From IMG/VR virus record IMGVR_UViG_3300027974_001530: DNA of 64,000 nt. One strand, 5' to 3'. The DNA comes from a virus. Taxonomy: Duplodnaviria > Caudoviricetes. The position numbers were made by a program, and so were the translations under genes. The notes beneath the pieces were generated by a model. The model saw only the letters and a list, made by a program, of their open reading frames with translations. It searched no databases and was not told the DNA's origin. Positions within the stretch are counted from its first letter, which is position 1. Every line of letters starts with the position of its first letter. Shown here one piece after another: positions 43,969 through 53,598 of this stretch.

Positions 43969-44478
43969 TTATCTTGGACTTGCGGACCCTCTGAATACTT
44001 TTTCAAGTTGAGCGTTAATACCACCGATATCTTGAGCTTTTTGTCGTTCATCTGCACCTAATTTAAAAGTTGCATTTGCTTGTGATGGGTTAACACCATA
44101 ATTTCCTTGTCTAACGGCATATAATTGATAGGCTAACGTTTTATCGTCTAATCCCATACCAGGTGTTGCCATATCAAACATTGAAGTATATGTGTGGTTA
44201 TCAAACCAAGGTCCGTCAAGTTTATATGTTAATATAACGTCTGGTATCTTACCTTTTTTCATCATATCGTAATAAGGTTTTCTGTTTGTAACACAACCCA
44301 AATTTTGTCCTGTTGCAGACTTTGTGTCTTTACATCCAGGAACAGTACCACCCATGTTATTGCTCGCCTTGGACATGCTCATGGATTCGTCACCAGGACC
44401 ACCCATTTCTTCTTCTCTAATTACTCGTCTTACGATTCTTGCAAGATCGGACTCAGTTAATCTGATTATTTTTTTCAT
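43969..44478 (-). CDS. Hypothetical protein with LTESDL leader
   Basis: MKKIIRLTESDLARIVRRVIREE. Confidence 0.85.
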   Translation of the reverse strand: MKKIIRLTESDLARIVRRVIREEEMGGPGDESMSMSKASNNMGGTVPGCKDTKSATGQNLGCVTNRKPYYDMMKKGKIPDVILTYKLDGPWFDNHTYTSMFDMATPGMGLDDKTLAYQLYAVRQGNYGVNPSQANATFKLGADERQKAQDIGGINAQLEKVFRGSASPR

Positions 44479-44604
44479 AATTATTTTTCTTTATTTATAA
44501 ATATATGTTATCTTAAAAAAATCATTTTTTTCATAATTAATTTATTAAGGATTCCTTTTTTCTGAGAGACCCATTAAGTAAACGACTTAAATAATTTAAA
44601 AATA

Positions 44605-44662
44605 CCCGAAGGGGTCGGACGGTCAAAAAATTCCGACGAAGTCGGGTTCGGTTTCCGGACCC
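44605..44662. repeat. GC-rich cluster of mini-hairpins (two GAA triloops)
   Basis: CCC-GAA-GGG, CCGAC-GAA-GTCGG, GGGTTCGG-TTT-CCGGACCC. Confidence 0.7.
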
Positions 44663-44696
44663 AATCAAAAAGGAAGAAAATTAAGATTTATTATAG

Positions 44697-45155
44697 TTAC
44701 CGATTAGACTCCCAAATTTCTTTTAAGTATTCATAAAAATTACTACGAATATACTGGATTATCTGATTTCTAAATATAACCTTTTCATCCCCACTTAAAT
44801 TAAGTTCGTTTGCCATTTGGCTACCAACATAATCAGATATATGTAATCTAAAATGTTCAAAAGGAGTAAATTTAAGTTCTTCATTATCAAAATTATTACG
44901 AACTATCCAATCCAATTTTTCTTTCATCATAGATTCTCTTCTACGCAAATGAAAGTTATTTTCTTTTAATATTCTAAATCTTAATAATGGTTTACCGTTA
45001 ATTGTAATATCACCCTTATCATTTTTTCCAATTGTTTTAACAACAACCTTTTTGTTTTTAAACTTACCCCCCATTATAGTGTCGCCAACTTTAATGTCAA
45101 GTTTAATCATCTCAGATAATAATCCGTATTGGTCCTCTGTAATTATTATTTTCAT
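44697..45155 (-). CDS. Two-module protein with IIITE leader
   Basis: MKIIITEDQ..LLSE, then a VGDTIMGGKFKNK module, ILKE, then an RR module. Confidence 0.8.
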   Translation of the reverse strand: MKIIITEDQYGLLSEMIKLDIKVGDTIMGGKFKNKKVVVKTIGKNDKGDITINGKPLLRFRILKENNFHLRRRESMMKEKLDWIVRNNFDNEELKFTPFEHFRLHISDYVGSQMANELNLSGDEKVIFRNQIIQYIRSNFYEYLKEIWESNR

Positions 45156-45460
45156 AATCCACCTTCCCCACATCCCTTTTTATGAATTTTATCAAAGTAT
45201 GATTTTATTTTACGAAAAAATATTTCTCTAATACTATTTTCCATCATGTATGAAAAATCATCAATCATGTCCATTGCCTTTTCCCATTCTAAATTAAGAT
45301 CAATATCAACAACTTCACGTATAACTGCAGTTGAAACATCATCAAAGTAATCATTAAATCCACCAATGTAGGTATAATCACACGGGGGATAATACATCAT
45401 CTTTTCATTAACAATTTCGTTAATGCGATCATACCTTCTTATTATAAAACTGTTATTCAT
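45152..45460 (-). CDS. RR..PC family protein
   Basis: FIIRRY...YPPCDY. Confidence 0.75.
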   Translation of the reverse strand: MNNSFIIRRYDRINEIVNEKMMYYPPCDYTYIGGFNDYFDDVSTAVIREVVDIDLNLEWEKAMDMIDDFSYMMENSIREIFFRKIKSYFDKIHKKGCGEGGL

Positions 45461-45467
45461 TATACTT

Positions 45468-45791
45468 TTAATTATAGTAATTTTCAAAATACTTTTTTAT
45501 AGTGTCATCATACCTTGAGTCCAAAAATCGTTTAATTGGTATAGAGAACTGTTCCCAAGTTTCATCCCCCCAACATATTTCAATACCATATTCTAAATCA
45601 AGTTTGTCATAGGTAAAATTACATACGGATTCAACAAAACTTTCAATCGAAGACCTAACACCAACCAACACTTCCATAGCTTTAATAACAATCTTATCAA
45701 GTGCATCAATATCCAACCTTCGTTTAATACAGTTAGATAATTGATAATAATCCAATGATTGTTTTTGACTTTCAGTTATAATGATTTTCAT
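45468..45791 (-). CDS. RR family protein with IIITE leader
   Basis: MKIIITESQ...IKRRL. Confidence 0.75.
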   Translation of the reverse strand: MKIIITESQKQSLDYYQLSNCIKRRLDIDALDKIVIKAMEVLVGVRSSIESFVESVCNFTYDKLDLEYGIEICWGDETWEQFSIPIKRFLDSRYDDTIKKYFENYYN

Positions 45792-45860
45792 ACAACAATA
45801 AATATATGGGGAAACAAAAAACCCCACTGATGAGGTGGGGTTTAAAATTTTAATTTTTAG

Positions 45861-46541
45861 TTAGTTTTTTTTCTTGTAGAATGTATGTGATGGGATCGGA
45901 GTTCCAACAGGGTAAGGGAAACCAACCTTAGCGGCGGTAACCGATGTCTGTCCGTTCTTTACAGGGATCGCTTTTCTCAATGGAACCGCAGCCTCATTAA
46001 GTGGACCATATACTTTAGCAAGTACAATACCTGAAGATGTTGTATCAAAGATAATCCCCGGCATAGCAAACATATTACTCTCACTTGTACTTGGTGAATC
46101 CAAGTTAATAACAAACGATCTGTTATATGGTGTCATATATTCCCACTCCTTAGTTGAAGGGTTAAATTGAGGGATAGTAGTAGTTGTATCATAATACCAA
46201 AATAAAGACCATACGGTATTACTTGTACCATCAGGAGTTTGGAAGTTTTTCTCAACATTGAACTTACCATAAGTTCCACTTACTCCTTCCATCGCCAAAC
46301 TTGAAAGAGATGGTCCGTTTAATACAGGACAGATTGCACAACCCTCGTCATACTCAACTCCTTGTACTATAATCTTTCTTCCCGTAGGAACTGCTGCCGA
46401 TGCCCCACAAAAAGCAAAAGACCCATCATGTACCATAACAATTTTATCAGACTCAACATCTTCTAACGTTTCAGTTTTTGTTTCTTTACCACAACTAAAT
46501 AACATAGTAGCAGTAACAATAAATAATAATAATTTTTTCAT
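45861..46541 (-). CDS. Lipoprotein
   Basis: Lipobox-like MLFSC after a hydrophobic signal, acidic/Lys export-signal-like stretch after the Cys. Confidence 0.8.
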   Translation of the reverse strand: MKKLLLFIVTATMLFSCGKETKTETLEDVESDKIVMVHDGSFAFCGASAAVPTGRKIIVQGVEYDEGCAICPVLNGPSLSSLAMEGVSGTYGKFNVEKNFQTPDGTSNTVWSLFWYYDTTTTIPQFNPSTKEWEYMTPYNRSFVINLDSPSTSESNMFAMPGIIFDTTSSGIVLAKVYGPLNEAAVPLRKAIPVKNGQTSVTAAKVGFPYPVGTPIPSHTFYKKKN

Positions 46542-46631
46542 AAGTTTTTTATTATAAATATAAACATATAAAGTAAAAAGAAAACCCCACTCTTATTAGA
46601 GAATGGGGTAATTATCGTTTTTATTCTGTGG

Positions 46632-47372
46632 TTATAATCTTCTTGTCAATCTTACTGCATGACGACTAATATTACGGTCTTCACTTCCTCTTAAACTATA
46701 AAGATCGTCCATAATTTCTTCATCAGTTGCGTCACTAGATACGTTACCATATCTAAACACGAAATCTTTAATTTCATTTGGTAAATTTGACATATCAATC
46801 TCTCCATCATCTGCAGATTCTTTAATAACCCTTTTAATAAGTCTTGTTAAATCCGATTCTGTTAGTCTTATAATTTTTTTCATACTTTCATAAAGTTTTC
46901 CATATTTATTTTGTATCCTACGAACCTCCTCCCAATCTTGGGAATCAATCGCAGAATTTAACATGTCATTATATTCTGATTTTGATGGCATGTATTCTTT
47001 TTCATTTTCAATTCCAAGATACGATAATTTTGTATCATCATAGGCGGTTTTAATATAAGGTGAAACATTATTTTCAATTTCCTCAACTGAATCAAAAAAG
47101 GTTGGTTTTAAAACAATACCTTCACTTGATTTTACATATAAAAGATATTTAAACTCACCGTTAGAAAAATTACATAATCCAACATAAACTGTAACATTAC
47201 CCATATTAAAGTTTACCATTAGAGTATCTTTTTCTCCATCTTTATTTATATCAGCATAACTTTTGTCTGAGTTTGAATCCATTCCTATGGAATATAGAAA
47301 ATTAAATAGTTCTTCTTTTCTATCCAAAAATTCATAGTCCTGAAATACATTTTCAAATATAAGTCTTCTCAT
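46632..47372 (-). CDS. Fusion protein with an internal LTESDL leader
   Basis: Complete MKKIIRLTESDLTRLIKRVIKE in frame from 46883. Confidence 0.8.
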   Translation of the reverse strand: MRRLIFENVFQDYEFLDRKEELFNFLYSIGMDSNSDKSYADINKDGEKDTLMVNFNMGNVTVYVGLCNFSNGEFKYLLYVKSSEGIVLKPTFFDSVEEIENNVSPYIKTAYDDTKLSYLGIENEKEYMPSKSEYNDMLNSAIDSQDWEEVRRIQNKYGKLYESMKKIIRLTESDLTRLIKRVIKESADDGEIDMSNLPNEIKDFVFRYGNVSSDATDEEIMDDLYSLRGSEDRNISRHAVRLTRRL

Positions 47373-47477
47373 AATATTATTTTAATTATAAATATACCGA
47401 ACTATAAAATAAAGATGGGGTTGTGTTTATACAAACGAGAGTAATAAACGCCCTTGTTTAAAGAACGAGAGTAAATG

Positions 47478-47852
47478 TTACCCCATTGATTTTCTTTTTT
47501 CCCAAGATTGTAATATCATATCCTTATATCGTTTTTCAAGAAAGGGGATTATTTTCCAATATATCTCCATAGCTCTATTTCTACTTAGGTCTACATAAAC
47601 TTCCCCATACTCAGGATCGTGTTCGGTTTCAATTTCATCGTACTTTTCGTGTAAAACAAATTCGTGAACAAGGTTAGTGATTATAGAATTTAAATAATCC
47701 TCAAAATCATTATAAACCGGGATATACCTCATATTAAGTATTACTTCTTTATCAAGATACTCCAAGTCCTTTCGAGTTATTCTTCTTTTAAGAAGAACAG
47801 GAAGATCCTTAAATAATTGTTCGTACTGATTTTCTGTAATTATGATTTTCAC
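47478..47852 (-). CDS. RR family protein with IIITE leader
   Basis: MKIIITENQY..LLKRRI. Confidence 0.8.
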   Translation of the reverse strand: MKIIITENQYEQLFKDLPVLLKRRITRKDLEYLDKEVILNMRYIPVYNDFEDYLNSIITNLVHEFVLHEKYDEIETEHDPEYGEVYVDLSRNRAMEIYWKIIPFLEKRYKDMILQSWEKRKSMG

Positions 47853-47857
47853 ATTAT

Positions 47858-48250
47858 TTAATTTTCAGTATAAAATTTCATATTATAATTTGAATCCATT
47901 TTAAACATAAGGGTAAATGGATGGTCGTATTTTAAATTAAACTCATCAACAAAGTTACTAATTTTATCTGAATACCTGTTTAAAACATCAACACCTTCAT
48001 CGTATTCATTTCTCCACATATAAGGATCTTTATAAAAATCCATTAAGTCCAAACTTTCTCCATCTTCCGAAACCATAAAATCAAGACCACCAAAACTATA
48101 TACCGGATCCGAAGGGAAATGAAAACTTTGTGATAATCTTCTTAACTTAAACCAAATATCCTCCCATGAAATTTCTTTAAAGTTTTCATTAACTAATCGT
48201 TTAACAATAAGAGCCAAATCTTGTTCTGTTAATCTTATAATTTTTTTCAT
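47858..48250 (-). CDS. Hypothetical protein with LTExDL leader
   Basis: MKKIIRLTEQDLALIVKRLVNE. Confidence 0.8.
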   Translation of the reverse strand: MKKIIRLTEQDLALIVKRLVNENFKEISWEDIWFKLRRLSQSFHFPSDPVYSFGGLDFMVSEDGESLDLMDFYKDPYMWRNEYDEGVDVLNRYSDKISNFVDEFNLKYDHPFTLMFKMDSNYNMKFYTEN

Positions 48251-48255
48251 AATTT

Positions 48256-48984
48256 TTAACGTTGTAGTTTTGTTTTAACTTTAGACACCATATTTTGTAT
48301 TCCTTGTTTGGCCTTGTCAACCACAGGTGCCGCAAGTGATTTAAGTTCTTGACCAACAATCTTAACTTGTCCTTTTAAATCTGCATTATTAAAATTTTGA
48401 TATTTTTGAGCGGTAATACCCATAGCATAGAAGTCCTTCATGTAGTTGTAAATGTTTGTGGTTTCCTTTGATTGTCCTAAAGTTGTAAGATTAAGATCCC
48501 CCAGACTAGATCTCCACATATAGAATCCTGGTTTTTTTTCTGTGGGACCACTAGTTGTCATCTCCCACTTATCTTTTCTAGATAAGGTATTTAAAAACTC
48601 CTTATCTTCTTCAGTTGGTTTAGTATAAATCGGACCAACATATTTTCCACTCTGATCAACACCAGTAAATGTGGTTAGTAGATCAGGTGTAATCTTTTCA
48701 ACATTAAGATCAACTGCCGACTGATAATCTATTAAAATTAGTTTATAATATTTCTGTTGTTGAGAATCAACCTGTAGTTGAAATGAAAGTGAAAGAGTTC
48801 CTTTTTTGGCTTCAACAAGTTTAGCGTTAGAATTATTAATAGTAAAACCGTTTTTCTTTAGGTCTTCAAAAATTTCATTCGAAAAGTCTTTAACTTCTTG
48901 TTCAGAAATAAGTGGCCTAACATCCCCCATTGTGGATTCCATCAATTGGTTAAATCTATTTTTATAATCTCGAATTGTGTTCAT
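48256..48984 (-). CDS. Hypothetical protein with LMES..PLISEQ leader
   Basis: YKNRFNQLMESTMGDVRPLISEQ. Confidence 0.85.
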   Translation of the reverse strand: MNTIRDYKNRFNQLMESTMGDVRPLISEQEVKDFSNEIFEDLKKNGFTINNSNAKLVEAKKGTLSLSFQLQVDSQQQKYYKLILIDYQSAVDLNVEKITPDLLTTFTGVDQSGKYVGPIYTKPTEEDKEFLNTLSRKDKWEMTTSGPTEKKPGFYMWRSSLGDLNLTTLGQSKETTNIYNYMKDFYAMGITAQKYQNFNNADLKGQVKIVGQELKSLAAPVVDKAKQGIQNMVSKVKTKLQR

Positions 48985-48994
48985 ATTATTTTTA

Positions 48995-49435
48995 TTAATC
49001 AATCTTTAGTGAATTTAGTGAAGATGAAGACATAGATGTACTTAATGCTGATGGTGAGGTATTTGTGGGGGTAAATTTCACATTTTTCTTAATGGACTCC
49101 AATCCAGCTCCCGTGGCCTCCACAGGTTTAGGGTATTTTTTATTTGCCGGAGTATTTGGTTGTCCCATAAAATAATATTTGCCAGTTAAAGGCAGATAAA
49201 TGTAGATGTAATTCTTATCGTGAGTTTTATTAATTATAGGACGCATTGATTTTTGTGTTTGAGTTCCTCCAGATGTGGTAACAGTACCTCCCGTTGTTTG
49301 TGTAGATCCTGTGGTAACAGTTCCCCCTGTAGTTTGAGTGGTTCCTGACTGTTCCATTATTAACGGTCTAACATCACCCATTGTGGATTCCATTAAGTTG
49401 TAAAATCTTTTTTTATAATCGTTAATGTTTTTCAT
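48995..49435 (-). CDS. Thr/Gly-repeat protein with LMES..PLIMEQ leader
   Basis: YKKRFYNLMESTMGDVRPLIMEQ; TQTTGGTVTT repeats. Confidence 0.85.
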   Translation of the reverse strand: MKNINDYKKRFYNLMESTMGDVRPLIMEQSGTTQTTGGTVTTGSTQTTGGTVTTSGGTQTQKSMRPIINKTHDKNYIYIYLPLTGKYYFMGQPNTPANKKYPKPVEATGAGLESIKKNVKFTPTNTSPSALSTSMSSSSLNSLKID

Positions 49436-49471
49436 ATTATTTTTATTAATAAATACATGGGACTTACAAAG

Positions 49472-49663
49472 TTATTTAACCTTTAAACTATTATGATCCA
49501 ATAAAAAATCATATAGTTCATCCTTGGTTGGAATTTCCATTAGATTAAATGTCTTTATGTATTCATCCGATAGATGATTTGGTACGTGGACAATCTCAAT
49601 TTGATTGACTTCATTAATAACCATAATGTTCATATGGTTTTTTCTTCTTCTGACTTTACGCAT
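49472..49663 (-). CDS. Small hypothetical protein
   Basis: 63-aa ORF. Confidence 0.5.
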   Translation of the reverse strand: MRKVRRRKNHMNIMVINEVNQIEIVHVPNHLSDEYIKTFNLMEIPTKDELYDFLLDHNSLKVK

Positions 49664-49782
49664 AATTTTGTTATATACAAATAAATATCAAAATTTTCCA
49701 AAAATTTTTTTTAGAAATGGGGGGTTAATTAAAATAGGGGGTCGACTTTACAGATTAGAAGGGTTTTACTTTACATATTATA

Positions 49783-50061
49783 TTAACAATTACGTTCGTA
49801 GTATATTTCAGTTAACTCAACATAGAACATATCCTTTAGTTCAGACATAATCCCATCGTAGTCAAAATCATCCATCAAATAATATACAGGGTGAAGTTCA
49901 TCCATCATAATGTTTACAAATCTTCTTTCGTATTCATCAAAAGATTTAAACTTACAAGGAGTAATAGTGTCAAGGGTTTCTTCAAAACTATTCTCAACTA
50001 ACTTATATCTTCTTAGTAACCACCATCTATTATTTTGTGCTTCCGTAATAATAATCCTCAT
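49783..50061 (-). CDS. RR..PC family protein with IIITE leader
   Basis: MRIIITEAQ..WLLRRY...TPCKF. Confidence 0.8.
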   Translation of the reverse strand: MRIIITEAQNNRWWLLRRYKLVENSFEETLDTITPCKFKSFDEYERRFVNIMMDELHPVYYLMDDFDYDGIMSELKDMFYVELTEIYYERNC

Positions 50062-50449
50062 AGTAATAAATATACCACCAATTAGTATGGGGGAATATTT
50101 CCGATTTTTCCCAAAAATTTTTCCAGAATTTTTTTACGAATATTTCATTTTTGGGATTGAACCCCCTTTTCCCCCTGTCAATATGTCATATAAGGGGGCA
50201 TACGGGAGGGGGGAGGGGGTAGTTCTTATATACCCCCATAGGGGAGGGGTATGCCAAACCCATTTGACCCCCGTCCTATGTCAGTCTGTCATGTTGATAA
50301 CTTTATGATCCCCTATGGGTTGTTAATATCTTTTAATGAATAAACATGGGGGATAGTTTGGTGGTGTCAATTAAATCCCGTACCTTTATATTGTCAGTGG
50401 TTCATATACCGAGACGGGTCAGGGAAACAAGTTCTTCTCTAAGAGGGTA

Positions 50450-50505
50450 GACTCCACCCTGCTTTATATTATAGTATGGGGAAAAGTATAAGGCAGGTTG
50501 GAGTC
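50450..50505. other. Strong hairpin between convergent host-type promoters
   Basis: GACTCCA/TGGAGTC plus CCTGCTTTA/TAAGGCAGG; promoters at 50357-50388(+) and 50563-50593(-). Confidence 0.55.
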
Positions 50506-50781
50506 CACTTGCTTCTCATCTTTCAGAGTAGTCGTCTAGAGTATAACCCCCAAACCAATACTCTAAGATACGATATATATTTGACATGGCAAAACAATTA
50601 GGCATAAAAAAATTCCCCATCATAAATAGGAAAGTGACATTGTTATTTGGTTGACCTCATCTTAATCTTTATGGTCCCTTGGGATCCTGATTAACTAACT
50701 CCCTACTGTGGGGAAAATAAGTTCTATAATAAATATAACGTAGATCTTGAAAAGGTAAATTGTATCCATTATATTTGTACC

Positions 50782-50934
50782 ATGGAAAATCTTTTAACTG
50801 TATATCTTATTCTTATCTGTCTCTTACTTTGGGGGATGACACTGTGTGCCTTCTTCTTGAAATACTTCCCCAAGTCAAAGGTCTCAGACTTTATTCGTCG
50901 TCACATTGTAGATGAGATTGATGATCATGAATAA
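50782..50934 (+). CDS. Small single-TM protein (50 aa)
   Basis: Manually read ORF MENLLTVYLIL...IDDHE directly behind TATATTTG (50770). Confidence 0.55.
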   Translation: MENLLTVYLILICLLLWGMTLCAFFLKYFPKSKVSDFIRRHIVDEIDDHE

Positions 50935-51202
50935 GACTGAGGGAATAGTCCTGTAGTTCAGATCCTATCTTATTGAAGTCCCCATCTTTTACCATCCCTT
51001 GTTGATACATATACTCTATTACATCTCCCATGTCTGCTGACTGTAGTGTGTAGAACCTTTGTCTTATTGGTTTATTCTGCCCCACAATGTTGTGTTCTTT
51101 GTACACACACGTGCCAGAAAAGTTATGGTGACAATATGTCAGGGTTATGGTATCACCACTTTTGTTAATAACTTTATTGAAAACTTCTAATAACTGTGTC
51201 AT
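50891..51202 (-). CDS. Doubtful hypothetical protein
   Basis: 103-aa ORF overlapping the + strand ORF; only its C-terminal half looks protein-like. Confidence 0.25.
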   Translation of the reverse strand: MTQLLEVFNKVINKSGDTITLTYCHHNFSGTCVYKEHNIVGQNKPIRQRFYTLQSADMGDVIEYMYQQGMVKDGDFNKIGSELQDYSLSLIHDHQSHLQCDDE

Positions 51203-51919
51203 AAGGGGGAATTGTTAATAAATAAATATGTTAATTTTCTTGTTTTTGTCAAAATGTCATGCTCGTTCGCGTCACTACACAATGCTTTTCCCACTTTCTA
51301 CCACTTATATTATGGTATATACTTACCACTTCTTCCCACCACTATTGGTCCTGTTGCTATCGTAAGAGTTAAAAAAACCCTTCTAGTGGTACCTGTAGAG
51401 GGGATTTTTTTACTATAGACAAACTCCAGCGAAAAACATCTAGTTATGGTACAGTAGCCGTGGACAGACATTTATGTCGTTAGTAGATCACTTATAGATA
51501 ACTTCAACGAACCATAAGTGTCCAACTTATGACCCTTTTAACCTTTGACCCCATAACAATAGACAACTTATATAGACATGTAAACATATTATTAAGTGGT
51601 AATAAGCGGTAATAAGTGGGGAACATAATGTATTTTATACTACTCATTGTTCCCCCTTCATCTACCAACTAATAACACACCATAACAATTACCTCATCAA
51701 GACCATTGGTCTTACATACAATTACACATAATGTGTTACACAAAATGTATATTAATTTTGTCTACTTAATAGGGACCGATTAAATGGTGAGGTCGAAGAC
51801 CGATTAAATGGAGAACGAAACGAAGTGTAGTGATTAAAAGGGGGGGACTTATTATAAGGTTATATCCTTACATTACTGTTTAAGATATGTCCCAATAATT
51901 ACCACATATCCTTTATAGA

Positions 51920-51970
51920 AAGGTAAAGATTACTCTTGTTTTTAATACGAAGGTAAAGATTACTCTTGTT
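51920..51970. repeat. 21-bp direct repeat x2 (30-bp period)
   Basis: AAGGTAAAGATTACTCTTGTT at 51920 and 51950; also GACCGATTAAATGG x2 near 51774 and 51798. Confidence 0.85.
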
Positions 51971-52020
51971 AAGAGTATAAGATTAAATTATGAGGTGAAT
52001 TCCGTAGTGATAACGGAGGA

Positions 52021-52077
52021 CTATGAACCGAATGAATTAATCTTATACTGAACCATTATTTGTTCTTGTAGTTTCAT
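52021..52077 (-). pseudogene. Leader-only remnant (MKLQEQI... 18 aa)
   Basis: Starts like its neighbours MKLQEHI/MNLQEQI, then stops at the edge of the non-coding region. Confidence 0.45.
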
Positions 52078-52098
52078 ATCATATAATTATCAATTTAC

Positions 52099-52452
52099 TC
52101 ATCTTTTATTTTTATGATATAATTTGTAAATTTCATCAGAATAATTTCCTTGAATATACTCCGCTAATACATTGTAATATGTGTCATATACCTTATCAAC
52201 AACTGACTGATCATATTTTTCATCTTCTTCATCTACAGTATAACCAATACTATCAATATAATCCGACAATAAATCATTTATTATTAAATCGGAAATTTCA
52301 TCAATAAGAGTTCTAAAACTACCTTTTAAATTGTGGTTACCATATGCTAATAAAATATTATTAACATATCCATCAATTCTTCTCAACATAGACGTTGGAA
52401 TAACTTCAGTTTCTTCAATCAGTATTCTTCTTATGTGTTCTTGTAGTTTCAT
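52099..52452 (-). CDS. RR family protein with LQE leader
   Basis: MKLQEHIRRILIEE..MLRRI. Confidence 0.8.
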   Translation of the reverse strand: MKLQEHIRRILIEETEVIPTSMLRRIDGYVNNILLAYGNHNLKGSFRTLIDEISDLIINDLLSDYIDSIGYTVDEEDEKYDQSVVDKVYDTYYNVLAEYIQGNYSDEIYKLYHKNKR

Positions 52453-52820
52453 ATTATTTCATTGTATCTTTCTTTTATTCTACTCCCATAATTTTTAAGA
52501 AGTGGTTTTCTAATTTTATCATAATAGAAATCGTCGTCCTCAAAATATATACGATTATCATCATTAAAATAATCTTGTTCTAAATATGTTACCATCTCAT
52601 CAATTACAAATTTAGCAAATAATCTTAATGTAGTTCCCTTTTCTTTATATATTACCGAATTTGGGTTTTCCATTGATCCTCCCATTCTATCTAACGCCGA
52701 TTCAAAAGCCTCTTCTATATTTTCAGCCGATACTCTTCTTCTAATAATTAAAGGTATATCGGATTCATTAATCGCCCCCATCATTGATTGTATCCTTGAT
52801 ATTTGTTCTTGTAGGTTCAT
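52449..52820 (-). CDS. RR family protein with LQE leader
   Basis: MNLQEQISRIQSMMGAINE..IIRRRV. Confidence 0.8.
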   Translation of the reverse strand: MNLQEQISRIQSMMGAINESDIPLIIRRRVSAENIEEAFESALDRMGGSMENPNSVIYKEKGTTLRLFAKFVIDEMVTYLEQDYFNDDNRIYFEDDDFYYDKIRKPLLKNYGSRIKERYNEII

Positions 52821-53596
52821 TACTCTTTTATTTCAGGGAGTTTAGTGTCCTTCATAAATTTATTATGTGATGCTTTGTATGATTTTTGTGTCTCGTCATT
52901 CTCATCTTTGGTGTATTGCCAGTTCCAATATAAATTATCGTTTGGTTTGAACCCGTAGAATTCATGTACTTCTTTTTGTATTTTGGTTACATTCTCACCA
53001 TTCCAATTCTGTCCCACACAAATAAATCCTGTTTCAATATCTTTGATAATGTTAGATTCACCCAATGTTGTATGTCTATTCTCCAACCAGTTTAATCTCT
53101 CAATTAAATTTTGGTAATACATATTTGCTTGTCCCCATCTTATTGAACTAAAAAATATAACTGCGTCTGACTCAAATAACTCTTTTGATATCTTCCACAA
53201 CTCATCTGAAGGTTCATTAATATTAACCCAACATCTGTGATCCCCTGATGGGTTCTTTTTCTTATCTTTAAGTGCGGCTTTTAATACTCCACAACTGTTT
53301 CCATCTTTTCTTGATACATTACCCTCACAAGGTAATATTTTAAGTTCGGGAACATCAATCAATACTGACTTATCTCCCAACTCATCGTTCAAGTACATTG
53401 CTATCATCTTGGACTTTGGTATGTCTATATTCTTTTCATCAAAATTATATCTATTGGAACAACTAAGTAGTAATACTTTTTTCTTATCTTTAAGGATATC
53501 TAAAGTTTGTTTGATTGATTTCCATGCATCTGATTGAACCATCTCCTCAGATATCATCATTGATCTTATTTTTGATATTTGTTCTTGTAAGTTCAT
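52820..53596 (-). CDS. Flavodoxin-like (NAD(P)H-dependent FMN reductase/WrbA-like) protein with LQE leader
   Basis: LLLSCS, ILPCEG..S...C, ESDAVIFFSSIRWG; MNLQEQISKIRSMMISEE. Confidence 0.7.
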   Translation of the reverse strand: MNLQEQISKIRSMMISEEMVQSDAWKSIKQTLDILKDKKKVLLLSCSNRYNFDEKNIDIPKSKMIAMYLNDELGDKSVLIDVPELKILPCEGNVSRKDGNSCGVLKAALKDKKKNPSGDHRCWVNINEPSDELWKISKELFESDAVIFFSSIRWGQANMYYQNLIERLNWLENRHTTLGESNIIKDIETGFICVGQNWNGENVTKIQKEVHEFYGFKPNDNLYWNWQYTKDENDETQKSYKASHNKFMKDTKLPEIKE

Positions 53597-53598
53597 AT

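Larger units (their letters stand above)
50062..52020. other. Mostly non-coding region, origin/terminus-like
   Basis: G/C homopolymer runs, DnaA-box-like TGTT(G/A)ATAA x3, direct repeats, hairpins, only tiny ORFs. Confidence 0.45.

Noticed and set aside
51920-51970. CRISPR mini-array
   Set aside because: Only two 21-bp copies with a 9-bp spacer, no dyad symmetry and no cas genes; the repeated leader-coding DNA elsewhere is irregularly spaced and coding.
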